DNA from: Balanoglossus misakiensis | Taxonomy: Eukaryota > Animalia > Hemichordata | Direction: 5' to 3' | Assembly (NCBI GenBank): GCA_040954595.2 | Contig: CM082580.2 | Coordinates: 5,959,519 to 6,023,518, forward strand | DNA: 64,000 nt | Part shown: piece by piece, positions 56,501 to 64,000 of the stretch | Position numbering within the stretch: position 1 is the first letter of the stretch | Layout: every line of letters begins with the position of its first letter | The notes under the pieces: generated by a model | What the model was told of the DNA's origin: nothing | What the model saw: the letters and a program-made list of their open reading frames with translations, nothing else | Database searches by the model: none | Program-made: the position numbers and the translations under genes

Positions 56501-59500
56501 AGTCTTGTATGGTTTCATTTGGGGACATTCTTGAATAAAGAACCACACAATTAAATTCATAAGAAAATGAATTCACATACATTTAATCAATTCAAAGAAA
56601 ACTATTTCCAGCCTCGTTTCACTTGGTCATAACTAGTTTCATTAGTGCACTGCTATATTCCCAGAAAAGACATAACTTTATCGTAATATTCAAGACCAAA
56701 CTATCCCTGGCACATTCAAAGTTTATCCTAATATACGACATATCACTTGTTCCAGTCCGCACTTTGTGTCTAGTGAGGTCTAGAATCTCTGCTTTTAATC
56801 CCCAGACGAAAGACAAAGATTTTACGGGTAAAAATCCACGCAAAGTCCAGTAGGTATCTCTGAGACCAACCTCCCACTCACCATACACGTTCACTCTAGA
56901 GGACCGACACCGATAACCTAAACACTGGGAGGTCTTTCCCCACTGCAAACCCAGGCAGACAGAAATCACTGTTTCCTCTCCCAAAGCTACAATTTCCTTT
57001 TTCCGAGCTTCTCCACTGATGCTTGCTTCCTTTCGAAAACAAATCAAACAGTTGGAAATTTCCTCCTGAGCAGAAACGCATCTTGTTGGGCGGATACTCT
57101 GGTTATTCCTAATCACTGCACATTGGCGTGTTGGAAAACACTAATGGATCTTCAGGAATTCATTTCTGTCTAATCCCGACTCCTAGTTTCATTTTTAAGG
57201 GGACACACATGTGTGTCAAGTCTGCCAGGAAACCACAAACGTATTTCACAAAAGCAGTCCACTAGATCATCTTGACAGAGACAGATATTGATTTCAGACT
57301 GGGTACGACACTTGATAACATACTTGTAGTGTTAGCTGGTGGTACTATCTCACATGTGTCAACAGAAACAGGCCACTTACAAGTTACAGCCCACACCTGA
57401 ATTTGACCTACATGCACAGCAATGTAGATTGTTTTGTAACAGGCAGGCAAGACAAATTAAGGAGATTTGTAAATTTAACAACTGAAAATTACAGAACAGT
57501 AAAACATCAATATACACGGGGACAACATACATATTGTAGGAGTCATCTAGCCTACATCTATTTCTATCGATGTGTCAACAAACCACCACAAGCATCTGCA
57601 ACTTGCACTGCATGAGAACCCCCTCCCATGAAGTATGACTAGACAATGACTCACCTAAAAATGACAAAGTTCCAAAAATATGATGTGGAAAGTAAATTGT
57701 TAGGTGCCTGAACGGGGAGAATGTCGACTACAGTCCTTCAGCTACAAACAGTGACCTGTAATCAAAAGAGAGAAAATCAGTTTCAGTTTGATAGAGGAAA
57801 ATGGCATGACACTTCCTTAGTTATCAAATTATGACATTCACACTATGTACATGCAGGACCTTCATCTGCAGCCAGAACTGAAACATATCACAAATACATG
57901 TACATACACATATGGTATAGCCAGTGTAGTTTCCCGATAAATCTTTGCACTACTGTTCTTTTAATCTCCCTAAAGTTTCCTATATAGAAAGACTTCCCTT
58001 TCTAACATATCTCACTCCATCCTCCATCATGAGAAACAAAACACTCTGGTTTGACAGCTAAGTCTGCTTGGCATCAAATCAAAAACTGAAATCTGATGGC
58101 TGCATTTTCCAGTTCTCAGAGGTAATATGGCCCGATCCACACATACACATGTATGGATAACAGTCTCGGCTAATTTTACAACATTTTCCTCATTTACGAA
58201 ATATTTACTGCAATCGCATTTCTGCGTAATCAGAATCAGTCCTGGCAATGCCATGGAAACATCTATTTTTAGAAGCTCTATTCATTAACAGCAGCCTTTG
58301 GTCACAACCTCTTAACTCTTGGAAAGACAAGCATATTCTTCACATGATGGACTATCAACAAAATCACATCAACGATTAAGATCCAACCACACAAATCAGA
58401 AAATACTCATTGAATCTTGCTATCAGGCACGCTTATCAGTATGACGAATACAACATGTATTACCATTTTGACATCTAAAGTGGTTTTCGACTAATTAACA
58501 TTTGTTCAAATTGATTCAATTCCATTATATCACTTTTTTCCTTGTTGTACGTCACTTGTAAGTAGGTGTTCAACAAGGATTGCACACTGCAGTACTTGGC
58601 ACAGGACATACCTCAGTACCACACACTAAATCTCATCCGTCGCCAGACTCACAATCATTGTAGGATGCCTATTTTCCAAGACTATAAAAATTCAGGGATC
58701 TTCTATAGTACACCCCCACACAGGTGCCAAAGCATATTTTATGAACAGAAAGCATTGTATATACTGGTAATCCAAATACTGCAAGTTTAACAACTGTACT
58801 ATAGGTATGTGTCCACTCCACTCCTATCATATACAATGTACGCCTAGACGTTTCTTTCGCATGCATGACTCCCCATGCTAATGAACAAACACTGAACAAA
58901 AGCAAATGTTGGCATAGCCAGGGAGGCCTGGCCTTTCAGGTGAAAGTTATTTCCAAATGACAACACTGAAGTCAAAAGGCACAGCACTCTTCGTGTTGTC
59001 ACTGTGCTCTCACTTGTCTCTTTAGAAGGAACTACAGTATGGTACTTTCATAAGGCACGATACTTGAAACTACACGTACATTAAAATCATCAAATTTACA
59101 GAGGATCTAAAACACATTGCAGCTGTTTTCACTGAAGGGGTCAGGCATAAAAATTTATGTATTTGCTACTTGACTTTTCATAACCGTTTGTGAGAGAGTA
59201 CCAGAGTTTTCACTGTGTACGAACAAAAACTATTGGTCCAAAAAGAGGTATATTAGGTCAGAAATCTCCCATCTTACCATTATCAGCCGTAACATAGTTA
59301 CGTCCCGTTTTATTGTGTTAATTCCAGGATAAAACACCACAAACATGTTGCCAAACTAACAAAGTACTTTATCCCTTACTTTACAAAAGATTGTAAAAAA
59401 TTAACACTTTCACCTACACAAATGCAATGCCTAAAACCTGATAGAGTTCATTCATATCCTAACACAGTAAGCATTGTCATTCACAAATCATGAGCTCTAA

Positions 59501-62107
59501 TTGTCATGCAGGAATGCTTTCTTTTTCAATCAAGCTTGCTAATGCGGTGCTAAACTTCCCAAACACTCAACCGTACGCTCTCCAAATATCCCAGGGCCAT
59601 TTTTACTCCAAAAGATGTACCCCCATCAAGGGAAACCCTGCAATAAAACCTGCTAATCATTATACCAATGTTTTGATAGCCACAAGGCAATTCTAATTTT
59701 ATATTCATTTCCAATTCTGGCCACTCTGCAGAGGGTCAAGGGTCAACAGTACAGCTTCAGTTTTGACAGCACCCCCACCACCTTCCTGGCCAACCAAATA
59801 TAACTGACGATATTTCCCCCATGTTTGCCAGCTGCATACTTGGCCTTTGCAAGTATTTGGTTACTACACAGTCAACACAATATTTCATATTTTAAACATT
59901 TTCTTCAAGGTCAAAGGTTAACTGAGTCTGTACCATTGATGCACATACAAGTAGTAGATTTTTCTAATGGCACTTCGGGAGGATTACCTGTTGATGGCAG
60001 GTTGCAATTGTCTGAGCCTTTCAAGGTACCCTTTTCATTTCTCACTTATGGCTCATTGTATTGCATATTCAAAGGTTACCACAAAATCAAACCTATACAT
60101 TTACATGCATTGCAATGGTTTGTCCCAAAGATCTCATCAAAATCACCTATAGATAATTCCCAATGACACAATTCCACTTTTGTTTACCCAAATACATTTA
60201 CATCAGTAAACACTGGTAAAAAATAGGTGAGAACAAAGCAACTTCCGAGGTTTTTATGTATCAAATGCATAACACATGCAAAATATTTTTCCGTGGGAAA
60301 ATGGACCCTGGTACTGTAGCCTCGATTAAAGCCATCCACTTCATCTTTGACAAATTATGACTAAAACCAGACGACAGCAGAGTATTTTAAAGTTTGTGGA
60401 GAGTGCACTTTTCAACTTAACCCCTTTCTACACAAGGACATCATAGCCACATACTGGTACTCTTTAATTTAATGTATTTTCCTATTTAATCACGGCAAAT
60501 TAGCTTTGCATTGATGACAGATATCCAATTGTCAATTATTTATGACATATGACAGATCAGATACATCATGACAAATTGCTACCGCTTTTCAATATTCAGC
60601 TGCAACCATATTGAAGAAACATCGATGGCTGGTCTGACTTGTCCTACAACTATTGGCACTGACAGTTCAAAGTGAATATGCTCTGTCATGCATAAAGAAT
60701 TCACACTGAGAAGATGAGCAAACAAGGTCACACAGATGACCCCAACTGTTTTGAAAACTGTCATGTCACCAAATTTATACCCCTCCAAAGGCACCTATTT
60801 CAGTCTTTTTTTAATATACAACAGATCTTGCATGTCAAAACTGTGATCCTGTCATAAACTTTATGCAAATTGAAAACCTTGACTAAAACAAACAAAGTTT
60901 GTTTGTTTTCTTTTACATTGACTTCAGGCAATCTCAAACAAAATATGTAATTTTTAAATCAACAATTTGTGAAACAATTCTCAGAAAGAATTCTGGTGTC
61001 AAGCTGCCAAGTTACGATTTTTCAGTGTGTAAACCCATATTAGACGCACTACATTCCAGTTCACCAAATTTCCACCAGGAATTGAAACAAACTCGTTTTA
61101 GAGTGGGATTAATAACCAAAACCTTCACGACACAATGATGCAACTTTTTGGAAGTTCACGCCATGGATGTTTCACATCTTAATCTTTATCATATCCTACA
61201 CTCTTCACTAACAACTGAACTGTGGTGGTAGACGTTTTGTGGTATATTGCTGAACTTATACAGCTGTAAAGTGTAATTATAAAACTTACAAGTACTAGTA
61301 ATAAAAATTTACTAAATGTCAGAAATAACCAGCACTGCTATGTGCCACATCAGACACGACCACTCCAGATTTTTACAGCTGATAAGTTTATTCCTGAAAT
61401 GACGACGGAATTCGGAGTTGCTACTGCTGGTACAATAATCATTTGGTCCAAAATGCAAGGAGTGGCCTTCGGCCATAGTCTGTACCAAAATGGCGACGGA
61501 CACAACATTGAGTAGTTACCAGTTGAGTGGCAAGCCAGTTGTCTCGACAACAAATATATAACTGGTGCCCAGAACCAAAAATCTGACTCGAGACGTAAAC
61601 CGTGACCCCTAGGGTCGTAAAAGAACTATTTGGGACAGATAGTATGAGTCAACGAAGGACTCTGGAAATACCAGACGCGCGACCGTCGAACGCTCGCCCG
61701 TTCTTTTGAGGTGACACTGTCCGAAAAATGGTATCAAATTCACCAACAGTGCCGCTTAGTTTTCTGTAAAACGAATGCAATTGGTCCCTTGTAATTACTT
61801 CCGTTGGAAGTAATAGTCATAAACGTACTACAATTAAGTCCTGTCAAAACGACGGACATTTTTTTTACAGAATCAAAGTTGCACTGTTGATAAAAGCCAG
61901 CGCTTTACTATCCCGTCGGCATCGCGTACACAACTAAACTACACTATGCAAATATCCTGATTTTTGAAAAGTCGCTGTCCCTACCCAACCTTTCACCGGT
62001 GTCATTTATCAAACTGCGGCGAATTGGTGTCTGAAATCTTTGCCCCCAACTTTCCCGAAAACTTGCAGACGACAGACAACACAATGTCAGAACGTGCATT
62101 CACTTAC

Positions 62108-62400
62108 CAGCTGGGTTTAGAAGCGGCTAAAAAGCATACGATGTCGTGGACGTGTAAACCGTTCTGCGGTACAGAGGCACGCCATTAGCAGAGTACGCGG
62201 CTGTCAATCAAACCAGAACCACACCCTGGCTGTTACAACAGGATATCTCACTCCAACTGGGACGTGATACGATTCCGTTGAACAAAAATGCGCATTATTT
62301 GTTTTATTTATTTACGTACTTCCACGAAAGTCACGGCAGTTGTGCCTGCCCAGTCTGGTCGCAAGCAGTCATAAATTTAACTAAAGTTGTAGACAAAAAA
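62108..62400 (-). promoter_or_regulatory. Candidate first (non-coding) exon and promoter of the catenin gene
   Basis: Donor CTG|gtaagt at 62108/62107 lies within the most CpG-dense part of the distal window (~61.5-62.4 kb). The 5' boundary is approximate. Confidence 0.45.
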
Positions 62401-63069
62401 TTGCCTCTCTTACCACGAACCGAATCGAGTAAAACTTACACCACATCATAAATTTTCATAGATACTCTCATCACCTGATACAATTTAGAGTTATATTGAC
62501 AATGAACAACTTTTTTCAACATTTGACTTAACTTTCAAAAACACACATTACCACCATCAGCAAATACCAAAGACGTTTTATTGGAAACAAACTTTCCGAG
62601 GTTTGTTAGTACAGTATAAAGATGCTGATGATCATCATCACCACCCCGTTTTGGAAAAATGGACAGAAATATTTTTTTAAAAACTCTAATAGGTCAATGA
62701 CCAGAAAGGAAAACTTAGCGATTGCAAACGCCCGTCTGTTACCCTAAACGCCCAAATTCTTTCTGTTGCATGTGTATATTTTTATACCAAATCAAGCCAT
62801 TTTAATTTATTTAGCGTGAACGAAAACATCACCCGCGGAGAAAACAGGAAATGTCACATTTTCGTCTACAACAACATTCTTTCACACCTGAAATTCCTCA
62901 CATAACAAGAAGTGTGTAATGCGCTTCAAGGGTCTGTGCTGGAGGACGATGACTGAACGTTTACCTTTGTAAAGTGCTATAGTACACAACACTCTTTTAT
63001 TGTGTATTGTGTCAGTGTTTTTGAGGGAAATTTTAACATTGTGGATTGCCTGCTTTCACTTATAGTTTT

Positions 63070-63190
<121 letters not shown>

Positions 63191-64000
63191 TAGGCCTACG
63201 GGGTGCAATAAAATGACAAAATCGAATATGAAAAACGAGGATTAACAAAATTGTATTGGGGCATACAATTAATAACACAGAGCGTGACGACATTCGGTAT
63301 AAAATCTTACAGAGAAATTATGTTAAATCCGTTGGTTAGGCCTATCGACACTCACTCACTCTTTCTTTATGTTTTATGTCGCATGTCCAGACTTGCAGTC
63401 AACCCCCTTGTTTATTAATGTTGAATAAAAAGGGAAAGTACACTTACGATCGAGAATGTCGATTTTATTATCACATGACTGTGCACCTGTGTTTAATCTC
63501 TGATCAGATTTCAGGTCACTCTTTTAGTATGCAAATTGGATACCATTTACACAGGGTATGGAATTGTAAAGTACACGTATGCAACTGAAGTCTCTCGAGT
63601 TGGTGCCCCATGCCGTAACGACCCATGCCACATCGGAAGCCCAACGAAAAATTTACGCCATTAGTCAATACACCACATGCAGTAGAAAAAGACTGATTAA
63701 ACTGGGCCTGGATAGACGATTGTAAAACACCAGTTTATATCACCGCACTGTCCGTCCATTATGGGACTGAAGTTATAATTGAATAGAAATTGAAAAGTAA
63801 ATTGTTACGATGAATTACGACGGGAAATAGACTTTTGAAAAAAAAGAAAACAGACCAAATATTAGTAATTTTAGCCCACTGTCGGAATGTACGAAAGTTC
63901 ACAAATACTCATTCATAGTTTTTTAACCATTAGAGGTAGAAACGAGACTATGCTTATAAAAACCACCTGTTGATGCCGAGTAAATTACATCATCGAATAT

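Noticed and set aside
56619-57116. 165-aa minus-strand ORF in the large intron
   Set aside because: Non-ATG start, no recognisable family, and no convincing splice sites or coding bias.

Overview
AT-rich, intron-containing eukaryotic DNA from an animal. The canonical GT-AG introns, abundant TACATGTA and TTAA-targeting MITEs suggest a marine invertebrate, but the species cannot be determined here. Most short ORFs in the supplied track are spurious or are exon fragments. Splicing by hand gives four genes: (1) the last two exons of the DEAD-box helicase DDX23/PRP28 (+, 552-1201); (2) the complete RING-WD40 E3 ligase RFWD3 (-, 3002-7737, 12 coding exons, ~751 aa); (3) the complete Yip1-family Golgi protein YIPF3 (+, 8510-13756, 10 exons, ~394 aa), head-to-head with RFWD3; (4) a complete p120/delta-catenin-family armadillo gene (-, 18802-37539, 19 core coding exons, ~1107 aa, plus two candidate cassette exons). 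The catenin gene's 5' non-coding exons probably lie near 39.5 kb and 62.1 kb, so the last ~25 kb of the window is mostly its first intron. Introns and UTRs carry several small TTAA-flanked MITE families (piggyBac-like and Kolobok-like) and microsatellites. The most notable observations concern the catenin: a CagA-like EPVYAKV motif just before the DSWV PDZ ligand, a candidate 5-nt frame-switching microexon that would delete both motifs, and DRYG tyrosine repeats. No prokaryote-type systems, RNA genes or CRISPR arrays were found, and I cannot claim a wholly new system with confidence.
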